This document shows, one piece after another, positions 9,783 to 18,496 of a stretch of 61,126 bases of DNA. Under the pieces are notes generated by a model. The model saw nothing but the letters and a program-made list of their open reading frames with translations. It searched no databases and was not told where the DNA came from. A program made the translations under genes and the position numbers. The DNA comes from an uncultured Acidobacteriaceae bacterium. Its GTDB lineage: Bacteria; Acidobacteriota; Terriglobia; Terriglobales; Acidobacteriaceae. Location of the stretch: assembly GCA_964243455.1 (NCBI GenBank), contig CAXTGN010000001.1:1-61126 (forward strand), read 5' to 3'. How positions within the stretch are numbered: position 1 is the stretch's first letter; each line of letters starts with the position of its first letter.

Positions 9783-10762
9783 CCCTTCGCACCCTCTTGG
9801 CTGCTGCAACCGTCCTGCACGCGGTCCCTGCCCTCGCCGCCGTCGATCCGCCCGCTGCCAGCGGCCTCGATCACCGGATGCGCGTCATCCCCTACAACCG
9901 CAACAACCCGGTGCAGCTCTACGCCGCGCCCGGCGCGTCTCTCCGCATCCAGCTCGGCGCGGATGAGGAGGTCGTTCGCATCGTGGTGTCCGACCAGGCG
10001 ACCATCGCGCCGGAGGAGGAGGCGCCCCCGGCCAGCAACGCCACCACGGTCAGCACCCTCACCGCGGCCCCTGCCGTGCAGCGGGGGCCGGCGTCGTGCG
10101 ACCCTAACCTGTGCCGCGACGTGGCGGGCAACTTCGTTTATCTCAAGCCGCTGCGCTCCCTCGATCCGCAGCCCCTGTTCATCCAGACCAAGCGGTGCGC
10201 GGCCGACACCGGCCGGTGCGAGATGGTGCCCTATGCCTTCGAGCTGCTGACCCGGCCCGGCGATCCCAAGGTGACGGCCGCCGCGGCGGCCTGGGATGTG
10301 ACCTTCACCTACCCAGACCGTGAGAAGGCCGCACGCCTGGCCGAACAGCGCAAGGCATATGCGGCGCGGCTCGCTGCTTGGCGGGAGCGCCAGGCCCTGC
10401 GCCCACCGGCCCCGGCCTCCCCCGCCATCGCTGCCAATCTGCGGTATGGATACCGGGGCAGCGATGCCGTGCGGCCCGATGGGGCCTGGGATGACGGACG
10501 CACCACGTTCCTGCGCTACAACGGCAACCGCCGCGTGCCCAACGTGTACCGCCAACTGCCGGACGGGCATGAGGGCTTGGCAGCCTATGCGACCGAACCC
10601 GATCCCAGCGGCACCATCCTCCGCATCGCGCGCACGGAAACCAAGTGGTATGTGCGTGACGGCGATGCCGCCGGGTGCGTATTCAACATCGGGCCGGACC
10701 CGGACGGCAAGGCGGCCTCCACGGTTGCCAGCGCAGCGCCGCGGCTGGATGCATGGCCATGA
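9779..10762 (+). CDS. virB9: VirB9
   Basis: DHRMRVIPY, FTYP, NLRYGYRG and WDDGRTTFLRY motifs. Confidence 0.92.
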   Translation: MTLRTLLAAATVLHAVPALAAVDPPAASGLDHRMRVIPYNRNNPVQLYAAPGASLRIQLGADEEVVRIVVSDQATIAPEEEAPPASNATTVSTLTAAPAVQRGPASCDPNLCRDVAGNFVYLKPLRSLDPQPLFIQTKRCAADTGRCEMVPYAFELLTRPGDPKVTAAAAAWDVTFTYPDREKAARLAEQRKAYAARLAAWRERQALRPPAPASPAIAANLRYGYRGSDAVRPDGAWDDGRTTFLRYNGNRRVPNVYRQLPDGHEGLAAYATEPDPSGTILRIARTETKWYVRDGDAAGCVFNIGPDPDGKAASTVASAAPRLDAWP

Positions 10763-11913
10763 AGAGCCTGTTCAGCCGGGACCCGGCCGCGGCTTCGGCG
10801 TCGGCCGCACCGGCAGCCGAAGCGGTCGCGGCCGGCGGCTGGGACGGGATGCGCGGCAGCACGAAGCTGATACTCGGCGTCGTGGTCGTGGGCGGCGTCA
10901 TCGCGGCCGTGGTGCTGCCGGGCCTGGGCCAGCGCCAGGCGCCGCAACTGCAGAACCAGGACCCTCGGCCGCCGGCCCGCATCAGCGAGTATGAGCCGCC
11001 AGCCAGCCGGGACTTTCTGCAAACTGCGGCCAACACGCTGGGCGTAGGCGCCCTTGGGGGCACCTCGACGGCGACGGCCAGGCGCCGTCCCCAGCCTACG
11101 GAGATGGCCCTGTATGCCACCCCGGCGCAGTCGCTCGCGTCCACGACGGGCATCCATGCCGTTTCTGGTGAAGGGCTGTCCGGGGAGCCTGGTGCAGCGG
11201 CCGGTGCAGGTTTTGGCCGTCCCGATCCCAACGACCGTCTGGCGTCGTCCCTGAACGGTGCGACGGTGCTGCCGGGCAGCAAGGCCACCCTTGTCCGCAA
11301 CACGAGCTTTACCATCCGGGCCGGCGACACGATCCCGTGCCTCCCCATCGACGCCCAAGACAGCAGCCGCCCCGGCTTCACGAGCTGCCGGGTCCCGGAA
11401 TGGTTCCGCAGCTCCGATCAGCGCCGCGGGCTGCTGCCGCCGGGCACGCGCATCTTCGGGCAAATCCGCGCCGGCCTCTCCCGCGGCGAAATGCGCCTGG
11501 GCGCGCTCTATACGGAGATCCAGACGCCGCGTTTCAAAATCCAGCTTGCCGCGCCTGGCGCCGACGCCATGGGCCGCGCGGGACTGGACGGCGACCTGCA
11601 TACCTTCTTCTGGGACCGGGCCGGGTCCGTCGCGCTGTTCGCCCTCATGGATGCGGCCATCGGCACGGGTCAGAACCTCGCCTCGTCGGCCCTGTCGCGC
11701 TCCTTCTCCGGCAGCAACGGCACCACGCTCAACCTTGGCAGCCAGGCGCAGGGGTTGGCTTCGCAAGAGCAGGCCAGCGCGCTCAACCGGCCGCCTGTGC
11801 TGACGCGGGATCAGGCCCTGCCGATGACGGTCACGGTCGGGCAGGACCTGGATTTCACCGCCGTCTGCAAGGAGGCCATGCAGATCGACCCCATGGCCTG
11901 CCCTCTGCTCTAG
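10759..11913 (+). CDS. virB10: VirB10
   Basis: TIRAGDTIPC, LLPPGTRIFG and DAMGRAGLDGDLHTFFW; ATGA overlap with virB9. Confidence 0.93.
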   Translation: MKSLFSRDPAAASASAAPAAEAVAAGGWDGMRGSTKLILGVVVVGGVIAAVVLPGLGQRQAPQLQNQDPRPPARISEYEPPASRDFLQTAANTLGVGALGGTSTATARRRPQPTEMALYATPAQSLASTTGIHAVSGEGLSGEPGAAAGAGFGRPDPNDRLASSLNGATVLPGSKATLVRNTSFTIRAGDTIPCLPIDAQDSSRPGFTSCRVPEWFRSSDQRRGLLPPGTRIFGQIRAGLSRGEMRLGALYTEIQTPRFKIQLAAPGADAMGRAGLDGDLHTFFWDRAGSVALFALMDAAIGTGQNLASSALSRSFSGSNGTTLNLGSQAQGLASQEQASALNRPPVLTRDQALPMTVTVGQDLDFTAVCKEAMQIDPMACPLL

Positions 11914-11924
11914 GAGTGACCGCG

Positions 11925-12968
11925 ATGAACGAGATGGCCGCGAACCATGGCCTCCTGACAGCCCTGCGGCCGATCCAGCACATCTTGTCCGACCCCGTGA
12001 CGGAGGACCTGGCCATCCAGGAACCCGGCGTGGGATGGTGGCTCAAGGGCGGCTCCTGGCACCGGACGGAGCTGCCTGCCATGACATACCAGCGTCTGCA
12101 CGGCCTGTCCGTCATGGCGGCGGCGCAAACCGGGCAGAGCATCACCCCGCGCGACCCGATCCTTTCGACCGACCTGCCGGGCGGGCTGCGCCTGCAATCG
12201 GTCATGCCGCCGGCTGTGGCGCCGGGCACGATGGCGCTGACCTTCCGCCGCGGCGACGAACGCCTGGATGGGGTTGATGACGTGGGGCGGCTATTCGACA
12301 CCAGCCGGTGGAACAAGTGGAGCCGGCGGCACGAGCAGCGCCAGGCGCAGCACGCCGTACTGCTGGAACGCTTCGATGACGGCGACCTGGCCGGCTTCCT
12401 GGTGGGCCTGGCCGAAACCCGGCAGACCGGGCTGTTCTGCGGCCCAACCGGCGCCGGCAAGTCGCGCATGTCTAAAATGCTGGCCGGCGCGATCCCGATG
12501 CACGAACGCATCATCACCATAGAGGATGCCGCCGAGCTGGTGCTGCGCCAGCCGAACCACATCCGGCACTTCTACGCCTCTGGCGGCGGCACGGCGCTTT
12601 CGCCGGCCAAGCTGATGAAGGCGACGCTGCGGGAACGCCCGCACCGCGTCATGCTCGGAGAGATGCGCGACCCGGAAGCGGCGTCGGTGTTCGTGGACGA
12701 GGTGATGGCGGGCCATCCCGGCAGCATGTCCACCATCCACGGCCGCAACCCGCCGGAAGCGGCCCGGCGCCTGTTCAACCTGTTCAAGTCCAGCCCTGCC
12801 GGCCAGAGTATGCAGGACGACACGGTGGTTGCCATGCTCGCCAGCGCCATCGATTTCATCATTCCGGTGGAGAATGTCGGGGGCGTACGCGCCATCGGCG
12901 AAGTGTGGTTTGCGCCGGATGCCGCCCGCCGCGGCGAAGGCTTCGCCGACCTGGTGCGGACCCTCTGA
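11925..12968 (+). CDS. virB11: VirB11 ATPase
   Basis: GPTGAGKS, ITIEDAAEL, LRERPHRVMLGEMRD and GHPGSMSTIH. Confidence 0.95.
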   Translation: MNEMAANHGLLTALRPIQHILSDPVTEDLAIQEPGVGWWLKGGSWHRTELPAMTYQRLHGLSVMAAAQTGQSITPRDPILSTDLPGGLRLQSVMPPAVAPGTMALTFRRGDERLDGVDDVGRLFDTSRWNKWSRRHEQRQAQHAVLLERFDDGDLAGFLVGLAETRQTGLFCGPTGAGKSRMSKMLAGAIPMHERIITIEDAAELVLRQPNHIRHFYASGGGTALSPAKLMKATLRERPHRVMLGEMRDPEAASVFVDEVMAGHPGSMSTIHGRNPPEAARRLFNLFKSSPAGQSMQDDTVVAMLASAIDFIIPVENVGGVRAIGEVWFAPDAARRGEGFADLVRTL

Positions 12969-14821
12969 TGCCGGCGAAATCGCGCAGCGATTTGCGCCTG
13001 CGCCCGTGGTTCATCTTCGCCGTGGGCGGGTTCGCCTGGGCCAGCCTGGCGGTGGCGCTGTGGCTCACGCTGGCCTCCATCGCCTTTCTCTGGATGGCCG
13101 GGCTGCTAGGTTCGCCTGCCATCCCGTCCTGGGCACGCCCCTGGCAGTGGTGGGTCTATGCCCGATGGTTCGGACGTTCCTACTCGGAAGCGGCCTGTCT
13201 CATTGCCTCGGCCGCGTTCGCAACAGCACCCTTCGCCGTGTGGCTGCGCCTGCTGTCGCTGCGCCCGCAGGGGCTGAACTGGCGTCCGTTCGCCCGCTCG
13301 CCGGGGATCGTCCGCGGCACATCGGACAACCACGGGCACGCCGACTGGATGCCGCTGGCCAAGATGCAGGAGATGTTCCCGCCCGTGCCGGACGGGGACG
13401 TGGGCGGCGTCGTGGTTGGCGAGGCGGACCGCGTGGACCTCGGGCCAGGGGCCGGCGTGGACTTCAACCCGGACAACCGCGCGACCTGGGGCAACGGCGG
13501 CCGGGCGCCCCTGCTGATCGACCCGTGCCGGCGCGGGTCCACGCACTCGATGGTCATTGGCGGCGGCGGCACTTACAAGTCCACCACCCTGGTCACGACG
13601 CTGCTGACCTGGCGCAAGTCCGCCTTCGTCCTCGATCCGGCGGAGGAGCTGGCCGACCTGGTGGGGCCGGAGCTTGAGGACCGCGGCCGAAAGGTCGTGC
13701 GGCTCGGGATCGGCAGCACCGGCCCGAACGTGCTGGACGGCATCGACATCACCGACAAGCTGGCTGAAACCCGGCTGCGCGCCATCGCCGGGCGCGTCAT
13801 CGGCCCGATCCCAGACGACGACAAGGGCGGCAAGTTCAAGCGGTGGGGCCGCACCATCATCCTGGCCCTGCTCGCGCACATGATGTGGGACCCGGACACC
13901 CCAGCCGAGTTGAAGACGCTGCGGGCGCTGCGCGACGGCCTTGATGGCGGCGAGGAGGCGGTTCGCAACCGCCTGCGCGGCATCGCCGAAACCTCCGCCA
14001 GCCCGCTCGCCAAGTCGCTCGCCTCAACCATGTGGGGCATGGTCAAGGAGACGTTCGACGGCGCCTTGGGCAACGCCACCGAGGATACGGAGTGGCTTGC
14101 CTCGGAAGCCTATGCCGACCTGGTGAGCGGCGACGCCTACCGCATGGGCGAGCTGGTGGGCGGCAACCTGGTGGTGTTCTGCCAGGTGCCGCAGGAAGCC
14201 TTGGAGCACACCCCGGCCGTGGCGCGGGTGCTGGTGGGCTGCCACCTGGATGCGGTGTTCGCCGCCAAGGGCGCGGTGAACGGGCGCGTGCTGTTCCCCA
14301 TTGACGAAGCGGTGCTGCTCGGCCGCGAACCGTCGCTCAAAATCGCCCGCGATCAGGGGCGCAAGTCGAAGATCACCGTGCAACTGTTCTACCAGTCGGA
14401 AGGACAGATCGAGGAGGTCTGGGGCGCGGGCGGCAAGAAGGCATGGTTTGATGGCCTGTCGTGGCGCACCTATGCCGGCGTGCAGAACCTGGAGAGCGCA
14501 CGCGAGCTGGCCGCAACCCTCGGCACCTTCGGCGCAAAGGCCGTCTCCTCGGGCAGCAACAAGGGCAAGTCCGGCCGCCCGATGGAGATGATTCAGAGCG
14601 GATCGCGCGGCACCAACACCAATGAGCACGAAATCAGCCGGGAGCTGGTCAAGCCGGACGAGTTGCTGGCCGAAATGCGGGACGACGAACGCATTACGCT
14701 CATCCGCAACCAGCGCCCGATGCGGCACGGGGCGGCCATCGGCTTCCGGCGGGAGGAAATCGCCGTAGTGCTGGGTCAAACGAGCTACCGGCAGCAGGGG
14801 CTGCCGGAAGCTGCTGAATAA
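12968..14821 (+). CDS. virD4: Type IV coupling protein, Ti-type TraG/VirD4
   Basis: N-terminal TMs, HGHADWM, WGNGGRAPLL, deviant Walker A GGGGTYKST, VLDP and IDEA. Confidence 0.92.
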   Translation: MPAKSRSDLRLRPWFIFAVGGFAWASLAVALWLTLASIAFLWMAGLLGSPAIPSWARPWQWWVYARWFGRSYSEAACLIASAAFATAPFAVWLRLLSLRPQGLNWRPFARSPGIVRGTSDNHGHADWMPLAKMQEMFPPVPDGDVGGVVVGEADRVDLGPGAGVDFNPDNRATWGNGGRAPLLIDPCRRGSTHSMVIGGGGTYKSTTLVTTLLTWRKSAFVLDPAEELADLVGPELEDRGRKVVRLGIGSTGPNVLDGIDITDKLAETRLRAIAGRVIGPIPDDDKGGKFKRWGRTIILALLAHMMWDPDTPAELKTLRALRDGLDGGEEAVRNRLRGIAETSASPLAKSLASTMWGMVKETFDGALGNATEDTEWLASEAYADLVSGDAYRMGELVGGNLVVFCQVPQEALEHTPAVARVLVGCHLDAVFAAKGAVNGRVLFPIDEAVLLGREPSLKIARDQGRKSKITVQLFYQSEGQIEEVWGAGGKKAWFDGLSWRTYAGVQNLESARELAATLGTFGAKAVSSGSNKGKSGRPMEMIQSGSRGTNTNEHEISRELVKPDELLAEMRDDERITLIRNQRPMRHGAAIGFRREEIAVVLGQTSYRQQGLPEAAE

Positions 14822-14836
14822 AATGGGAGGATCAGC

Positions 14837-15991
14837 ATGTTCGGAAGCGAGAACAGCATTGAGCCGGTGCGCGCCGTCGCGGCGGTGGCGGTCACAGCCG
14901 ATGGCCGCGGCGTAGCGCGGGCCATGGTGGACAAAGACTCGATCAGGGAGGCGACGCCTGATGATCTGGCTTCCGCCGCGCGCCGCGCACTCGGCAAGGC
15001 CACCTCCGAACCAACCCCGGTCAAGGCGGTTGCGGACGCCAAGGGCGGCCTCTTTCGCCGCCGTCCGACCGAACCGGAGAAGCCTGATGTAGTGGCGCAG
15101 CAGCTTGGCCTTTACACGGCGGATAAGCGCAGCAGCCGGGTGTACTTTTCCGACTTCCAGCAGAAGCAGGAGGTCATGCGGGCGGACCCCAAGCGCATCA
15201 CCTCGAAACTGGACGACAAGCAGACCGTGAGCGCGATGCTTGACCTGGCGCAGTCGCGCGGCTGGGACACGGTGCGCCTCAAGGGCACCAAAGATTTCCA
15301 AAGCGAGGCGTGGGTGCAATCCCAGGTCCGCGGCATGAAGCCGGAAGGTTACAAGCCGACTGCAACCGACCAGCAGGAAGCGGCACGCCGGATAGCTGCC
15401 GCATCTCCGGTACAGGCGGCCCCGGCTCCGGTCCAGGCAGCCGAGTCCAAGGCGTCGGCCGGCGCTGGGGCGTCGCGATATACCATGAAGGTCACGAACA
15501 GCGTGTCAGTGGCAGGGGAAGCCCAGAAGGGGGAGACTGCGCCTGTCAAGGCGGCAGCTCCGGCGCCAGCAGCCTCCACCAAAGCCGTGCCTGTCACTAT
15601 TCAAGCCTCCACTGCCGCCGCAGCTCCGGCGAAGGCAGCACCCGACAAGGCTGCGCCTGTTGCCGCCCAAGCTCCCAAAGCTGCCGCAGCTCCGGCGCAG
15701 GAAGCCTCCACCAAGGCCGCGCCTGCCGCCGTCCAGGCATCCACGGCCGCTGCGGCTCCGGCACGGGCGGCTCGCGCCAAGGCCGCATCCGCTGCCGTCC
15801 AGGCACCCACGGCCGCCGCCAGTGACGGCGCTGCGGCGGATAGGGTCAAGGTGGTCCCGGTCCAGCGCAAGTCGGTCTGGGGTGCTGTTGAAGCCACGGG
15901 TAAGCAAGCGCGGGCGGCTGATGCCGCCACGGCCACGGCCAAGGCGACGGCCAAGGCAGGCGAGCGGCCCACGTCTGCGACCACGGCGTGA
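14837..15991 (+). CDS. LPD7 (large polyvalent protein domain 7) protein with Ala-rich repeat tail
   Basis: AMLDLAQSRGWDTVRLKGTKDFQSEAW...GYKPTATD matches the LPD7 signature as recalled. Confidence 0.75.
   Translation: MFGSENSIEPVRAVAAVAVTADGRGVARAMVDKDSIREATPDDLASAARRALGKATSEPTPVKAVADAKGGLFRRRPTEPEKPDVVAQQLGLYTADKRSSRVYFSDFQQKQEVMRADPKRITSKLDDKQTVSAMLDLAQSRGWDTVRLKGTKDFQSEAWVQSQVRGMKPEGYKPTATDQQEAARRIAAASPVQAAPAPVQAAESKASAGAGASRYTMKVTNSVSVAGEAQKGETAPVKAAAPAPAASTKAVPVTIQASTAAAAPAKAAPDKAAPVAAQAPKAAAAPAQEASTKAAPAAVQASTAAAAPARAARAKAASAAVQAPTAAASDGAAADRVKVVPVQRKSVWGAVEATGKQARAADAATATAKATAKAGERPTSATTA
15540..15820 (+). repeat. About 60-bp (20-aa) imperfect coding tandem repeats
   Basis: Recurrent units KA.P...QA(S/P)TAAAAPA. 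Confidence 0.7.
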
Positions 15992-16488
15992 CCGGCCCCG
16001 GCTGGGTTTACGTGATGACGCATCCGGCGTGGGACAAGCTCGGCATGGTCAAGCTGGGCAGGACAGGCCGGGACCCCCGCACCCGGGCGGCGGAAATCAC
16101 CTCCGTCTCTGGCCTGCTCGCCCCCGCCACCGTCGCCTGGTGCTCCCCCGTGTCCGACATGGCCGCCGCGGAACAGGCGGTGCATCGGATGCTGGGCAGC
16201 CATCGCGTGCGGAAGCGCCGCGAGCTGTTCCGGGTGGACGTGGGGACGGCGCGCGGGGTTGTCGAAGCCGTGGCCGGCTCCCTTCCCCTGTCCAGTCCGG
16301 CGCTTGCACCTCTGACGCGCTCCGTGCCGCCCAAATCGGCGGGAGGGGCACGGTATCGCCCCGCCCCTCGCCGTTCCGGCCCCTGGCGCCATGGCCGGCG
16401 GCATGTCTCGGTGCCAGTCCGGGTCGCGGCTGGCCTTGGGGCAATCATCTCCTGGTTCGTGTTGGTCAAGCCGCTGCTGCTGCCGTGA
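15988..16488 (+). CDS. GIY-YIG (T5orf172-like) protein with C-terminal TM helix
   Basis: GWVYVM, VKLGRT, AEQAVHRML and RELF; hydrophobic C-terminus; GTGA overlap. Confidence 0.8.
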   Translation: MTGPGWVYVMTHPAWDKLGMVKLGRTGRDPRTRAAEITSVSGLLAPATVAWCSPVSDMAAAEQAVHRMLGSHRVRKRRELFRVDVGTARGVVEAVAGSLPLSSPALAPLTRSVPPKSAGGARYRPAPRRSGPWRHGRRHVSVPVRVAAGLGAIISWFVLVKPLLLP

Positions 16489-16516
16489 TGCGGAAGGCTG
16501 TTTTAAGGATAGAACA

Positions 16517-16705
16517 ATGGACGAAGTAGCAAAGGCTCGGGCCAAGGTACGCGAACGCGAGCGTGCCATCTGGAACCGCGTCGAAGCAGTTGGGCGTGAG
16601 GCACGCGCCGCCGATGGCGCCACGGTGAAGGCATCGGCGACGGCGACGGACGGGATTGAAACAAAGCGGGAAAAGATAACGCAGGCGCTTAGCTCCGGCT
16701 CATGA
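16517..16705 (+). CDS. Small hypothetical protein
   Basis: AAGGA RBS and ATG; 62-aa helical ORF at the end of the operon. Confidence 0.45.
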   Translation: MDEVAKARAKVRERERAIWNRVEAVGREARAADGATVKASATATDGIETKREKITQALSSGS

Positions 16706-16891
16706 TGGAATATGGAGCTATGAAGCACGCTCGCATCGACACGCCCGAAGTCGTCCGTGATGCAGCATCTCTGGCTGAGAGACGGGCATGATAAGGCGGG
16801 CAGATGACATTGCGTGCAATTCGACTGTTCGTGTTCCTGGCCTTGGGCCTGTCGGCTTGCGGATTGAGGAACCCCCACATGGACCTTGGCC

Positions 16892-17185
16892 TTAGATAGC
16901 GTGAGAACTGTAACCTTTCTCACGCATACACTGGCGCATGTATTCAGACATTTGGAAATCCTGAATACCTCCGCTCGACCGGGCCTGTTCGGTGTCCATA
17001 TTACAGGTGGCCATGTCACGCTCAACGATGGAAGATGCTACAAAACCTCTTTCCGATAAGTATTGATTGTTCCAACGGTCTAAGTGAGCTGAGCAGCCAC
17101 TTACAGTTAAACCGGCAATGGACACGAGCACTACGAATGCATTACAGCGTTCTCCAGTCTGAACCCGCTCCTCCAATAACATCAT
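16892..17185 (-). CDS. Hypothetical lipoprotein
   Basis: Lipobox VSGC and C...CMREKGY motif; low GC. Confidence 0.6.
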   Translation of the reverse strand: MMLLEERVQTGERCNAFVVLVSIAGLTVSGCSAHLDRWNNQYLSERGFVASSIVERDMATCNMDTEQARSSGGIQDFQMSEYMRQCMREKGYSSHAI

Positions 17186-17324
17186 TAGCTCCTGTTCAAT
17201 TCACTAATTATAGTGGTAAAGCCCGACACGGCTAGGCTATCCTCGAATTTCAATCCGGACCTTGCCACAATTACAGCCACCCCGTCGCACCGTTTCCCCC
17301 ATACTCACTTTCTCCAATGATACA

Positions 17325-18437
17325 TCATGCACTTGTCTTCACTTCCTGGAGGAGCCTGGCTTCCGCCTCATCAGCAACTCTACAACCAAGATGTTGCACC
17401 GCTTCCGAAACTGCAACCAGCCATATTGTAAATCTATCAAATTTGCTGTTTGCATCGTGTATAGGCTTGGCTCTTAATAGATTTCCAATCGAAAACGCTG
17501 AGGTTGCGCCGTGTGCAGCTTCGCTATCAGCAATCTCCCTTATAAACTTGTTGTTTGTGTAAGTCATGAATTTGCCTCCTTCGGCTTGCGTTCCGGCCCT
17601 CGGAAGGATCGCACAATTGAGTTCCAGCCAGACCTGAAGGTCAATCTCGGATGGCCGTGATTTGGACGGAAATGCAGAGATCAGGTCATTAGTAAAAATG
17701 TAGGATAGATTTTCAAGAAGTGGGAGACTTTCTTTCTCTGGAAGTCCGGTGCAGTAGATGTTTAAAGGCAAGTCCCACAGTCCAGCAACGTAGGGGAGAA
17801 ATGGCTGAGATGTACTCTTCGGGCCATAGTCGGCAATAAGTGCCCTGACCGTTTGGGCAAGAGATCGCCAGGAGTGTAGTCTTCCCACACTGATGTTATC
17901 AATGCCATCGGATAATATGGCATTGTAGTCTCGTAGTTCTCTGATCAAGTCCATGCGTGACTTTTTTACTGAGTAGGGGTCTTTCTCTGGTTGTTCATGT
18001 CGGCGCAAAGAAACCTTCACCCGAAGATGTCGCTTTTCTTTCGACTCCTTTTCCCATACGCTTGTCCAGTTTGGCGGATTAAACGCACCAATGTCTATTG
18101 GGTCAAGAGCGGCGTCTCCTATCAATGCTGGATAACCGTTTATCGACACGCTGCCGGCACCATCTTCCCAGTTAAATTGGAGAATGAACCTGCCACCAGC
18201 CCCAACAACTCTAGTGGATAGTCTTTCCCAAATGATCGTCTTGTTCTCAAATGCGCGAAATACAAGCCGATCAAACGGCTTCATCAATATTACTACTCTA
18301 AGCTCTGGAAAAGGCGTAATAATCTCCGACAAGACCTCCACTGCTGCAGTCTCTAATGAACTTATGGGAAGCCCAAGCCTACGAACAGACATGACGAGGG
18401 TAGCATGGAATGTTCTTTCTCCGGTGTTCTTTCTCAT
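17325..18437 (-). CDS. Low-GC hypothetical protein, possible HEPN-like C-terminus
   Basis: 370-aa ORF in an AT-richer insert; IREIADSEAAH motif. Confidence 0.65.
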   Translation of the reverse strand: MRKNTGERTFHATLVMSVRRLGLPISSLETAAVEVLSEIITPFPELRVVILMKPFDRLVFRAFENKTIIWERLSTRVVGAGGRFILQFNWEDGAGSVSINGYPALIGDAALDPIDIGAFNPPNWTSVWEKESKEKRHLRVKVSLRRHEQPEKDPYSVKKSRMDLIRELRDYNAILSDGIDNISVGRLHSWRSLAQTVRALIADYGPKSTSQPFLPYVAGLWDLPLNIYCTGLPEKESLPLLENLSYIFTNDLISAFPSKSRPSEIDLQVWLELNCAILPRAGTQAEGGKFMTYTNNKFIREIADSEAAHGATSAFSIGNLLRAKPIHDANSKFDRFTIWLVAVSEAVQHLGCRVADEAEARLLQEVKTSA

Positions 18438-18496
18438 TCAATTATGGATGCCTCTTAAATGCTTTACCGCGGCCGTCACCCTGAGCGGCACCTTGG

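Noticed and set aside
2857-14821. Agrobacterium-style T-DNA virulence system
   Set aside because: No virD2, virE2, virA/virG or oncogenes were seen; the context fits plasmid conjugation.
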